Positions 30,374 through 41,951 of a DNA stretch of 64,000 nucleotides are shown piece by piece; position 1 is the first letter of the stretch, and each line of letters opens with the position of its first letter. Under the pieces are notes generated by a model. The model saw only the letters and a list, made by a program, of their open reading frames with translations. It did no database searches and was not told where the DNA came from. Source of the DNA: Macrostomum lignano (taxonomy: Eukaryota); the NCBI GenBank assembly GCA_002269645.1, contig NIVC01000944.1, positions 1 through 64,000 of the forward strand, read 5' to 3'. A program made the position numbers and the translations under genes.

Positions 30374-33300
30374 ATGGGTGAGTCTCCAGCCTTGAGCCCC
30401 CCCCCCCCCAGACTTCAGGCTTGGCAGCCTTGAGCCCCCCCAGACTTCAGCAGGCTTGGCAGCCTTGAACCCCTCCCCCCAGACTTCAGGCTTGCCTTGA
30501 GCCCCTCAGACTTCAGGCTTGGCAGCCTTGAGCCCCCCCCAGACTTCAGGCTTGGCAGCCTTGAGCCCCCCCCCCCCAGACTTCAGCAGGCAGCCTTGAA
30601 CCCCTCCCCCAGACTTCAGGCTTGCCTTAAGCCCCCCCCCCAGACTTCAGGCTTGGCAGCCTTGAGCCCCCAGACTTCAGCAGGCTTGGCAGCCTTGAAC
30701 CCCTCCCCCCAGACTTCAGGCTTGCCTTGAGCCCCCCCCCTCAGACTTCAGGCTTGGCAGCCTTGAACCCCCCCCAGACTTCAGGCTTGGCGGCCTTGAA
30801 CCCCCCCCCCAGACTTCAGGCTTGGCAGCCTTGAACCCCCCCAGACTTCAGGCTTGGCAGCCTTGAACCCCCCCCAGACTTCAGGCTTGGCAGCCTTGAA
30901 CCCCCCCCCCAGACTTCAGGCTTGGCAGCCTTGAGCCCCCCCCCAGACTTCAGGCTTGGCAGCCTTGAACCCCCCCCCCCAGACTTCAGGCTTGGCAGCC
31001 TTGAACCCCCCCCCCAGACTTCAGGCTTGGCAGCCTTGAACCCCCCCCCCCAGACTTCAGGCTTGGCAGCCTTGAGCCCCCCCCCTCCCAGACTTCAGGC
31101 TTGGCAGCCTTGAGCCCCCCCCTCCCCAGGCTTCAGGCTTGGCAGCCTTGAGCCCCCCCTCCCCAGACTTAAGGCTTGGCAGCCTTGAGCCCCGCCTCCC
31201 CCTTCCCCCACTTCAGGCTTGGCAGCCCTGAGCCCCTTCCCCGCAGACTTCAAGCTTGGCAGCCCTGAGCCCCCCAGACTTCAGGCTTGGCAGCCCTGAG
31301 CCCCCCAGACTTCAGGCTTGGCAGCCCTGAGCCCCGCCTTCCTCCTTCCCCAAGACTTCAGACTTAATTGGCAGCGCTGAGCCCCACATTCCCAAACTTC
31401 AGGCTTGGCCACCCAGCCTCCTCAGACATTCAAACTAAAGCTGCACTCAAATTGGTCAAATTAAAATCAGGCCTTCCAAATCGCCCTTCACAGGCCGAAC
31501 CCTGCCAGTGCCGGTGCCCTGTCTCATCTGCGGCGACAAGAGCTACGGCAAGCACTACGGAGTCTTCTGCTGCGACGGCTGCTCCTGCTTCTTCAAGCGG
31601 TCGATTCGCAAGAGAATGAGCTACACCTGCATCTGTGAGTGACTAAGTGGAGCGGAGATGACAGACTGTGAGTGACTGAGTGGAGCGGAGATGACAGACT
31701 GTGAGTGACTGAGTGGAGCGGAGATGACAGACTGTGAGTGACTGAGTGGAGCGGAGATGACAGACTGTGAGTGACTGAGTGGAGCGGAGATGACAGACTG
31801 TGAGTGACTGAGTGGAGCGGAGATGACAGACTGTGAGTGACTGAGTGGAGCGGAGATGACAGACTGTGAGTGACTGAGTGGAGCGGAGATGACAGACTGT
31901 GAGTGACTGAGTGGAGCGGAGATGACAGACTGTGAGTGACTGAGTGGAGCGGAGATGACAGACTGTGAGTGACTGAGTGGAGCGGAGATGACAGACTGTG
32001 AGTGACTGAGTGGAGCGGAGATGACAGACTGTGAATGACTGAGTGGAGCGGAGATGACAGACTGTGAGTGACTGAGTGGAGCGGAGATGACAGACTGAGA
32101 CTATGAGCTGTGTTTCGATAAGGGGCAAATCACAGCAAAGCACGAAGCAAAAGTTTGGAATATGCTGCATTTCTGCTAGGCCGAATACAAACGAAAAAAG
32201 CATTTCTATAGTGTCTCAAGTACCGTACATATCGCTGCAGAAGTCTGCATGTCAGTTTTGTCAGCAAACAAAGTTCGACAGCTCCGGGCCGCGGCCCCGT
32301 CAGAGCTCGTAGATGCCGATGAACTTGATGAACTCGGCGAGGGTCAGCCGGCCGTCCATGTCCTCGTCGCAGTTGTCGAAGATGTCCTCAAAGTCGGGCT
32401 TGAGCACCTGCTGGTACTTGTCCTCGATAAGGCGCACCAGCTCGTCTCTGGCCAGCCAGCCGGGCCAGCGCCGTCCAGCATCCTGGAAGATGAGGCCGTA
32501 CTGATCCTCCCTGGTGCCGTTGCGGCACAGGCTGATGTAGGCCGCCAGCTCCGACCGGGTGAGGCGGCCGGGCTGGGTGCGGCAGAACAGGCCGAGGATG
32601 TAGCGGGCGGTGTGCTCAACGCACTGCCTGGCAGGCTCATGCTGAGTGATGAACTGGTAGAATTCGTCCACCGGGATGGAGCCGGTGTTGTCAGGGTCCA
32701 GCTTCACGTACACCCAGTCCAGGTCGGACTCCGAGGTGGCGGCTGAAGCCGCTGCGGCAGGTGCCGGAGGGGCGGGAGAGGACGGCGAAGCTTCGGTCAT
32801 GGCGACTTTACGGTGCGATTGACGGCTGGCAGCCTGCGGTGTTGGGGATCCACGAACTGCTCAAGTTTGATCGAATTAATAGACTCAGCTGCTGCAAGGC
32901 ACGTAAAATGCTTGCAAGCGTGGGAACTGGATTTCTGTCTATGGCAGCTCGAGTTACCTCTGTAGTGCAGACGGCAAAGCCTACTGTAGTTGGGTTCAAA
33001 GACCACTCTACTACAGTGGTCCTTGGTTGGGTTATGGGATGTTTCAGACGTTTAGATGTACCGCCAGGTCTCTCATGAGAATCCCTCATTTCTGTTTATT
33101 CCCGGAAAATGATGAACATAGAGCATTGTTCAGAGCATCATTTCCTGGCCACAATGGCAAAGAAGAACTACATGTACCAGATGTCAGAACGTATTGAAGA
33201 GTAGTTGAAGACTGCATAATCAGATTTTGTTTAAAATAACCATAGACAGTAACCCGGACACAGACAGAGCCACTAACCCGGACACAGACAGAGCCACTAA

Positions 33301-35711
33301 CCCGGACACAGACAGAGCCACTAACCCGGACACAGACAGAGCCACTAACCCGGACACAGACAGAGCCTCTAACCCGGACACAGACAGAGCCACTAACCCG
33401 GACACAGACAGAGCCACTAACCCGGACACAGACAGAGCCACTAACCCGGACACAGACAGAGCCACTAACCCGGACACAGACAGAGCCACTAACCCGGACA
33501 CAGACAGAGCCACTAACCCGGACACAGACAGAGCCACTAACCCGGAGACAGACAGAGCCACTAACCCGGACACAGACAGAGCCACTAACCCGGACACAGA
33601 CAGAGCCACTAACCCGGACACAGACAGAGCCACTAACCCGGACACAGACAGAGCCACTAACCCGGACACAGACAGAGCCACTAACCCGGACACAGACAGA
33701 GCCACTAACCCGGACACAGACAGAGCCACTAACCCGGACACAGACAGAGCCTCTAACCCGGACACAGACAGAGCCACTAACCCGGACACAGACAGAGCCA
33801 CTAACCCGGACACAGACAGAGCCACTAACCCGGACACAGACAGAGCCTCTAACCCGGACACAGACAGAGCCACTAACCCGGACACAGACAGAGCCACTAA
33901 CCCGGACACAGACAGAGCCACTAACCCGGACACAGACAGAGCCTCTAACCCGGACACAGACAGAGCCACTAACCCGGACACAGACAGCCACTAAACCGGA
34001 CACAGACAGAGCCACTAACCCGGACACAGACAGAGCCACTAACCCGGACACAGACAGAGCCACTAACCCGGACACAAACATCCACTCCCCGACTCTGCCC
34101 ACAGCCGGCAAGGGCACCTGCCTGATCGACAAAGCCCGCCGAAACTGGTGTCCATTCTGCCGTCTGCAAAAATGCTTCGCCGTCAGCATGAATAAAAATG
34201 GTAGGCGATTTTTTATTTTAAACATCTCCGCTTTGGAGAATTGTCTGTATTCCCCCATATTCCCCTAATCAAATATGTCTATGGCCGAAGCCCGTCACAT
34301 AGTCACCCGATGCCTTAAAAGTGGCAGAGGTCTCAACTCATTCCAGACCAATCTGCTAGTTCCACTGCAAGCAAGACTCGCTGTGTTCGTTTTAGCTACA
34401 ACTGTCTTTGTATTCCCCAATCTAGTCTTTGTATTCCCCAATCTAGTCTTTGCATTCCCCAATCTAGTCTTTGTATTCCCCAATCTAGTCTTTGTATTCC
34501 CCAATCTAGTCTTTGTATTCCCCAATCTAGTCTTTGTATTCCCCAATCTAGTCTTTGTATTCCCCAATCTAGTCTTTGTATTCCCCAATCTAGTCTTTGT
34601 ATTCCCCAATCTAGTCTTTGTATTCCCCAATCTAGTCTTTGTATTCCCCAATCTAGTCTTTGTATTCCCCAATCTAGTCTTTGTATTCCCCAATCTAGTC
34701 TTTGTATTCCCCAATCTAGTCTTTGTATTCCCCAATCTAGTCTTTGTATTCCCCAATCTAGTCTTTGTATTCCCCAATCTAGTCTTTGTATACCCCAATC
34801 TAGTCTTTGTATTCCCCAATCTAGTCTTTGTATTCCCTCATCTAGTCTTTGTCCTCTCTCCGTCTCCAGCCGTGCAAGAGGAGCGTGGGCCCCGCAAGAA
34901 CAAGGGCTCCAGGGACCCCGGCAGGCAGTCCTCGGCCGGTCAGCAGTGCCACAATTCCCAATCCTCATCGATGGCCTGCGGAGGCAGCGGCGGCAGCCGA
35001 AGCTCAGCAAGGGCGACAACCCCGCCCCCGGTGCCGCTGCCGATGCCGCCGCCACCGCCGCCGCCGCTGATGCCGCCGATGTTTTTGCCGCAGCTGCAGC
35101 CGCATCAGCAGCATCAGCAGTTTCTGCTGCCGCTGCCATTCCTGCCGCTTCTGCCGCCGCCGCAGCCGGCGCTGGTGCCGCCAGTCCGGCGAAGCGGCGT
35201 CTCGGGCAGCGACCTGCTGGAGGCCGCAGTCGCCCGCCTGCAGGCCGGCAACCAGCTGTTCCAGTCGCTGCTCCCGGATGAGAAGCGCTGCCTGCTGCGC
35301 GCCGGCTGGGGCCAGCTGCTGGCGCTGAGCCTCGCCGCCCCCACTGACCGCCTGGGTGCCGCCTCGGTCGCCGGGCTGCTGGAGCGGTGCTGCCGGGCTG
35401 GCCTGGCCGGTCCGCTGCGCCTGGTGCTGGAGCTGGCGCCGGCGCCCGGCGAACTGGCGCTGATGGAGAGCCTGGCGCTGCTGCAGCCGGCGCTGCTCAG
35501 CCAGCAGCGGGTGAAGCTGCAGTCGCTTCGGCATCAGGCCCTCGCCTGCCTGGCCGCCGCCGCCAACCCGCGCGCCTTCGGCCGGCTGCCGCGCCTGCTG
35601 GCCGCCTTGGCGGCGCTCAAAGTTGGCGCCACAAATCAGCGCGTGGCGGAGGCGCTGTTCGATGGACAGCAGCGCTTGGCGGAGGAGGCCATCGACAGGC
35701 TGCTGGCGTGA
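30374..35711 (+). CDS. NR2E5: NR2E-subfamily nuclear receptor (Hr83/NR2E5-like), 360 aa; exons 30374-30377, 31494-31634, 34105-34200, 34870-35711
   Basis: Spliced product [90 protein letters not shown]. The P-box [11 protein letters not shown] is as in Hr83. A divergent LBD ([20 protein letters not shown]) follows. 1083 nt in frame. The subfamily member is assigned from motif memory only. Confidence 0.88.
30385..31400. repeat. C-rich ~30-33-bp minisatellite CCCCCCAGACTTCAGGCTTGGCAGCCTTGAG (receptor intron 1)
   Basis: Directly visible, with variable C-run lengths. Confidence 0.93.
31635..32100. repeat. 33-bp minisatellite GTGAGTGACTGAGTGGAGCGGAGATGACAGACT (receptor intron 2, starts at the donor site)
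   Basis: Directly visible, ~14 copies. Confidence 0.95.
32300..32800 (-). CDS. Intronless EF-hand calcium-binding protein (calmodulin/calcineurin-B-like), 166 aa, nested antisense in receptor intron 2
   Basis: ATG in GTCGCCATG context, GC3-rich. Canonical EF loops [12 protein letters not shown] and [12 protein letters not shown] plus two degenerate central hands. Confidence 0.85.
   Translation of the reverse strand: MTEASPSSPAPPAPAAAASAATSESDLDWVYVKLDPDNTGSIPVDEFYQFITQHEPARQCVEHTARYILGLFCRTQPGRLTRSELAAYISLCRNGTREDQYGLIFQDAGRRWPGWLARDELVRLIEDKYQQVLKPDFEDIFDNCDEDMDGRLTLAEFIKFIGIYEL
33250..34078. repeat. 24-bp minisatellite AACCCGGACACAGACAGAGCCACT (receptor intron 2)
   Basis: Directly visible, ~34 copies. 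Confidence 0.96.
34405..34850. repeat. 21-bp minisatellite TTTGTATTCCCCAATCTAGTC (receptor intron 3)
   Basis: Directly visible, ~21 copies. Confidence 0.96.
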
Positions 35712-35914
35712 CTGCCAGCTCTGTCGTCCTCGCTGGCCGGAGTACGGGAGCGACAGTTTTTCGGCCACGCATTTTGCCGCCTATCAAATTATTGGCAAGC
35801 ATACTGTTGCACTCACTGACACTTGCAGCTCGTTGCAGCCAACTTCTATATTAGCAGTGTAGTAGCTGTACATGTAGCTCGTACAGTAGGTAAAATTGCA
35901 GTCACTTTGTATAT

Positions 35915-36030
35915 GTTGCTGGCGCCCCCTCTGTATAGCTGGCGCCCATTTCTGTAGCTGCATGGCGCCCCCTCTGTAGCTGCATATGGCGCCCCCTCTG
36001 TAGCTGCATGGCGCCCCCTCTGTAGCTGGC
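35915..36030. repeat. Short repeat TAGCTGCATGGCGCCCCCTCTG, ~5 copies
   Basis: Directly visible. Confidence 0.8.
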
Positions 36031-36762
36031 GCCCACCAGCTTGGGAGCTCTCAATCAGGCCTTTGAGTGTACATCTAATGAACATGGCACAGCACAGAAA
36101 ACCTGTACTTTTTCGCCGACTGGTTCCTTGTACCTGCACTTTTTTGAAGTTATAAAAACCTATGCACAGTTCATGTAAGATTAGCTTAATCGAGTACCCA
36201 CTCAAGTATTGATAAAATTCTCCACAACTTGAAAGTAGAAAAAATCAATACTTCTACAAATATATTTCTTTGACAATTGAATTCAGCAAGGACTACTTAA
36301 GTAGGATGTCAAATTTTGATTCTTAGAAAATTTATGGACAATGATTTTTGCGAAATAAAACGTATTTTTTTTGTTCAAGGCACATGTACATGTATCAACT
36401 AAGCAAACCTCTATAAACAGCCTGAAATTTCTGAAATTAGGTCACGTGAAGTTTAGATCCAATATGTAGTTTAGGTCACGTGAAGTGAAGGTCCTGCAAA
36501 ATTTGTGAAGTTTAGTCTGTGTGACTGTGTGATTGTGAATCTAATTAGGCCTGGTGACAGCGCGGTTCGGTTCGGTGAATAAATAACTGTTGGTATTTGT
36601 ACCGAGCCTTCCATCTCCGTAGTGCATTTCGCGGAAAACCAGGGCCCAAAATCGTATCTAAGAAATCTACTGGAGTCGTCCTTGGTATTTAGCTTGACAC
36701 CAGATGTACACGTACTGTAATATTGTTCAAGTCTCTAGCAGACAGTAGAGGGATGCATCTGC

Positions 36763-37770
36763 GGGGGGGGGGCATCACAAACCCGAAAAGCGCATTCCAT
36801 CATAAACCCGAAATATCACATTCTCTAAGGGGAGGGCATCACAAACCCTAAATATCACATTCTCTAAGGGGGGCATCACAAACCCTAAATATCACATTCT
36901 CTAAGGGGGGCATCACAAACCCTAAATACCACATTCCCTAAGGGGGGGCATCACATACCGTAAATATCACATTCTCTAAGGGGGGCATCACAAACCCTTA
37001 ATATCACATTCTCTGAGGGGGCATCATAAACCCTTAATATCACATTCTCTGAGGGGGGGCATCACAAACCCTTAATATCACATTCTCTGAGGGGGCATCA
37101 TAAACCCTTAATATCACATTCTCTGAGGGGGCATCATAAACCCTTAATATCACATTCTCTGAGGGGGGGGCATCACAAACCCTAAATATCACATTCTCTA
37201 AGGGGGGCATCACAAACCGTAAATATCACATTCTCTAAGGGGGGGCATCACAAACCGTAAATATCACATTCTCTAAGGGGGGCATCACAAACCGTAAATA
37301 TCACATTCTCTAAGGGGGGGCATCACAAACCCTAAATATCACATTCTCTAAGGGGGGCATCACAAACCCTAAATATCACATTCTCTAAGGGGGGCATCAC
37401 AAACCCTAAATACCACATTCCCTAAGGGGGGGCATCACATACCGTAAATATCACATTCTCTAAGGGGGGCATCACAAACCCTTAATATCACATTCTCTGA
37501 GGGGGGCATCATAAACCCAAAAATCAAAATAGTGTTGGACATTGCTAGAACTTTCGAAGTTATGATATTTCGGGTTTAGAGAGTTTCCCTTAGATATTTA
37601 GGGCTTGCGATGGGTCTTGTAAGAATTTAGAGAATGTGCTATTTAGGAGTTATGATATTTGGGGTTTATGATGTAGGTTGCTTTTAGAGAATGTGATATT
37701 TAGGGTTTGTGATGCCCCCCCCCTTAGAGAATGTGCTATTTAGGAGTTATGTTGGCCATGCACTGAAAGC
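36763..37770. mobile_element. Foldback-like element: ~36-bp tandem array (36763-37520) with an inverted degenerate arm (37600-37770)
   Basis: Unit GGGGGCATCACAAACCCTAAATATCACATTCTCTAA; its reverse complement TTAGAGAATGTGATATTTAGGGTTTGTGATGCCCCCCCCC is present at 37684-37723. Confidence 0.65.
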
Positions 37771-38773
37771 CGTTTCACCGCCCCGGCAGGAGCCCAATAG
37801 AACAATAAATAACAAACTCATCAAGTGAAATTCCAGCGCACAATTTCTGGTTCGCAATATCAAAGTCACAATGATCGGTTCCTTGAGTGAATTTTGGCGA
37901 GGAATCAGGGAATGGAGCTCCAGTTAAACAGTTGAGAAGTGGATAGCAATTTATTATTGCCGCCAGCATTGCCGCGGAATTCCAGCTGAGAAAGAGCGCG
38001 AAACGCAGCAACGAGTTGAACAACACTAAAGAATGATGACTGCACGCACAATACTACTAGCTACTGAGTGGCAGTAGTACACATTCGCAAGCACTCTATA
38101 AGTTTAATAATGGCAGTGCTGAGACTAGAAGTTGCGAGTCACCGCCAGCGCCTGCCTGCATTCCGAAGCGAAATGAAATTCCATTAATTTATAATAATAA
38201 ATCAGCTATGAAAGGCTCGCATGGAGACAATTGTTGATTAAATAGGCGGCCAGGGAAGTGGCGGATTTAATACTACACCTGTACATGCACCGTGTACAGC
38301 AATGTACAGCACTTTACAGTCAGGTCTTCTCTCAGTTAGTTTAAAAAAGTTATATAAAAACACGAACTGACAGTGGAAAACGAAATGAATAAGAAATAAA
38401 AACGGAGAGCAGCAGCAGGCGATCTGGAACCGGAAGAAGCCCGGCTGCCCGTTAAAAAAACAAATTAAAAAGAGAACAGCACAGCGGGCATCGGTGGGAA
38501 TAAGTGAACTAACCGATACCGGTGAGCTCAGTCCGATGCAATCGGCGGGGCTTGTAGGCGGGGCCAGCAGCAACAGTCTGTGCCGCGGGAATCATTGGCT
38601 GGTGGGCGGGGAGATTCGCTGGTGCATCGGGAGACGCCGGAGGACACTCATGGGAGATGGGGCGGGGGGGGACAACCAGGGAAAGGCGGAAAGCTCGCAG
38701 GGCTGAGTCAGCTCTGAAATTTGCGCTACACTTGCCGGCCCGCTAGCCGGAAAGACGGGTCGCCAAACTCCGC

Positions 38774-41700
38774 CTACCAGTCAGGCCGGGCCGCACGCCG
38801 GTCCCTGTAGAGCAGGAAGTCCTTGACGGTGAGCGGCAGCGGCAGCGAGTCGGCGCCGGCCAGGCCCGGCTTGCCAGCTTGGGCAGCCGCCTGCAGCTGC
38901 TTGCGGATGACGGACCGGCACAGCAGCATCAGCGGCAGCGGTTCGGCTGTCAAGGTGCGGCAGGGTTGCAGTGTGGTTTGCAGTGTGGGTTGCAGTATGG
39001 GTTGCAGAGTGGGTTGCAGTGTGGGTTGCAGTGTGGTTTGCAGAGCGGGTTGCAGTGTGGGTTGCATTGTGGGTTGCAGTGTGGGTTGCAGTGTGGGTTG
39101 CAGTGTGGGTTGCAGTGCGGGTTGCAGTGTGGGTTGCAGTGCGGGTTGCAGTGTGGGTTGCAGTGTGGGTTGCAGTGCGGGTTGCAGTGTGGGTTGCAGT
39201 GTGGTTTGCAGAGCGGGTTGCAGTGTGGGTTGCATTGTGGGTTGCAGTGTGGGTTGCAGTATGGGTTGCAGTGTGGGTTGCAGCGTGGTTTGCAGTGTGG
39301 GTTGCAGAGTGGGTTGCAGAGTGGGTTGCAGTGTGGTTTGCAGTGTGGTTTGCAGTATGGGTTGCAGTGTGGTTTGCATTGTGGTTTGCAGTGTGGGTTG
39401 CAGTGCGGGTTGCAGTGTGGGTTGCAGTGCGGGTTGCAGTGTGGGTTGCAGTTTGGTTTGCAGAGCGGGTTGCAGTGTGGGTTGCAGTGTGGTTTGCAGA
39501 GCGGGTTGCAGTGTGGGTTGCATTGTGGGTTGCAGTGTGGGTTGCAGTGTGGGTTGCAGTGCGGGTTGCAGTGTGGGTTGCAGTGCGGGTTGCAGTGTGG
39601 GTTGCAGTGTGGGTTGCAGTGCGGGTTGCAGTGTGGGTTGCAGTGTGGTTTGCAGAGCGGGTTGCAGTGTGGGTTGCATTGTGGGTTGCAGTGTGGGTTG
39701 CAGTGCGGGTTGCAGTATGGGTTGCAGTGTGGGTTGCAGCGTGGTTTGCAGTGTGGGTTGCAGAGTGGGTTGCAGTGTGGTTTGCAGTGTGGTTTGCAGT
39801 ATGGGTTGCAGTGTGGTTTGCATTGTGGTTTGCAGTGTGGGTTGCAGTGCGGGTTGCAGTGTGGGTTGCAGTGCGGGTTGCAGTGTGGGTTGCAGTTTGG
39901 TTTGCAGTGCGGGTTGCAGTGCGGGTTGCAGTGTGGGTTGCAGTGTGGGTTGCAGTGCGGGTTGCAGTATGGGTTGTAGGGCAGGTGGAACAGAAGTGGG
40001 CAAGGCAGAAAATTGTGGGTTGGCAAGAGTTGATTAAGCGGAGCGAGAGCCCAACAAAGGTAAGCACACCAGTGTGGAATGCCAGGCCCTGAGCAGGCAA
40101 AAGAGCAGCTCATGACTCACGCTCGAGCCCGTTGAGGTAGCGCAGGCGAATCTCGCAGTGGCCCCAGACGGCGCTCACGCAGGGGAACAGCTGCTTGCCC
40201 TTGAGCCCACGGAAGGCCACGCCAAGAAATTGGCCGTCGACAACAAAGCTGAGCGAACCCTCGTCCATGTCCAGCACCATGATGAAGGTGTCCGGAACCT
40301 GGTAGGTGATAGCGGAGTTATCAATGCATCACTATGTGCTGTGGAATGTGAGATATTGCGGATATGGTTAATATTAGGACAGATGGCCTAATTGGACCTG
40401 CTGGAATATTGCGAATGGGGTTCTGGATAATGAGGATTAGGATATAGGGATAATGAGGATTAGGATATTGGGATAGGGATAATGAGGATTAGGATATTGG
40501 GTATTTGAATATTGAGAATTAGGATATTGGGGATCTGAATAATGAGGATTAGGATATTGAGGATAGGAATAATGAGGATTAGGATATTGGGATAGGGATA
40601 ATGAGGATTAGGATATTGGGATAGGAATAATGAGGATTAGGATATTGATGATAGGGATAATGAGGATTAGGATATTGGGGATCTTGGGAAAATGGGGATC
40701 CGAGTGACTCCAGTTGGCCGCCTACCTGCAGAGGCTCGGTCTCGGCACCGTGCGGCACCACCGGGTACTGCTGGGTGGGCAGACGGCCGCTTTCGTGCTG
40801 CAGGCGGCCCCGACCGAGGTCCCAGCCCCAGGACTCGGCGTTGCTGCCCAGCAGGCTGTGATAGCCGACGCAGTGCAGCGGGCACTTGGCGGTGGCCACG
40901 CCCACCACCGCGTGGGTGCCGCGCTGCTTGACGGGCCAGCAAATCTCCCAGGCGTGCAGGCCGCGGCTGTAGCTGCACAGCGACCGGATGCAGTCTGTGC
41001 TCTGCGCCACCGGCTGTCTGGACGGTTGGAGGGAGGTTGAAATAACAAACTGATCTGTAATTGGAAACTGCTGGCCTAGACAATACCGAAAGCGTTGGGG
41101 GTTAACCAAACGAGACAGACTGGTGTTTGCCAGAGGCTGGAACTCGTAGATATACAAAGTTTGGTCATTGATAGACGTGTTGACAAAGGTGAGGGTCATA
41201 ACACATACTGGCGTGGGTCATAGGCAGTGATGTGGTTATGGATACGACGTCACAGAGACAAAGTTGAAGACATTGACAGATGAGGGTCATAGAGACGAAG
41301 ATGGGGTCATAGAGACAAAGATGAGGGTCATAGAGACAAAGATGAGGTCATAGAGACAGTGATAAGGTCATAGAGATAAAGATCCGGGTCACTGATACAA
41401 AGATGAGGGTCATAATTAGACACGTGAGTCACTAGCGACAGAGCTCCTAGCGCCACGAACCTGTGCAGGGTCAAACAGTCGTCCGCCTTCACCAGCACAT
41501 TCAAAGACCGGTCGGCAGGATTCCAGGCGTGCTGGCTGGCCACCTCCAGCGGGCAGGGTGGCAGGTCCAGCAGCAGCTCCAGGCGGACTGGGCGCTCGTT
41601 AGCCGCTCCCGAGCCGCCGTCAGCGCTGGCTGCATCGGAGGCGGCGCCGCTAGGCGAGAGCACATTGTTGTTATTGAATGGCAGGACCTGCTGTCTCATG

Positions 41701-41951
41701 GCCGGCTGCTGCTGCGGCCGCCTGTGGTACTGATGGTATTGACGCTGCGAGAACGGCTGCACGGCTACTAGCCGGGGATTGCTTCCGGTGCTTCCGCTGC
41801 TGCTGTTTCCCGTGCTGCTTCTGCCACCAGTGCCGCTTTGACGCTGCCTTGGACGGCCTGACCTGGAAGCGGCATTGGATATTGGCACTGAAGTTGGCAT
41901 CCAAGCAGTCAAGCATGCCATTGGTGCAAATTGGTTCGTGTAGTTGGACAT
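38774..41951 (-). CDS. SPSB1: SPRY domain and SOCS box protein (SPSB/gustavus-like), ~377 aa; exons 41951-41461, 41017-40726, 40298-40121, 38946-38774 (start codon uncertain)
   Basis: [105 protein letters not shown]. Splice phases are consistent. The paralog number cannot be assigned. Confidence 0.92.
38962..39977. repeat. 12-bp minisatellite GTGGGTTGCAGT (SPSB intron 3)
   Basis: Directly visible, ~85 copies; source of the six-frame repetitive ORFs. Confidence 0.96.
40425..40680. repeat. ~30-bp minisatellite GAGGATTAGGATATTGGGGATAGGGATAAT (SPSB intron 2)
   Basis: Directly visible. Confidence 0.9.
41270..41412. repeat. ~21-bp degenerate repeat GAGGGTCATAGAGACAAAGAT (SPSB intron 1)
   Basis: Directly visible. 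Confidence 0.8.

Noticed and set aside
33086-34258. ORFs of 253-390 aa (VCVRVSGS / NPDTDRAT repeats)
   Set aside because: 24-bp minisatellite inside receptor intron 2.
34275-34869. N-terminal 198 aa of the 478-aa ORF (VFPNLVF repeats, hydrophobic)
   Set aside because: Intronic 21-bp repeat. The real exon starts at 34870 ([10 protein letters not shown]) after a good acceptor.
38781-40113. Six overlapping ~370-440 aa ORFs (Cys/His-rich, metallothionein-like look)
   Set aside because: 12-bp repeat open in all frames, lying within SPSB intron 3.
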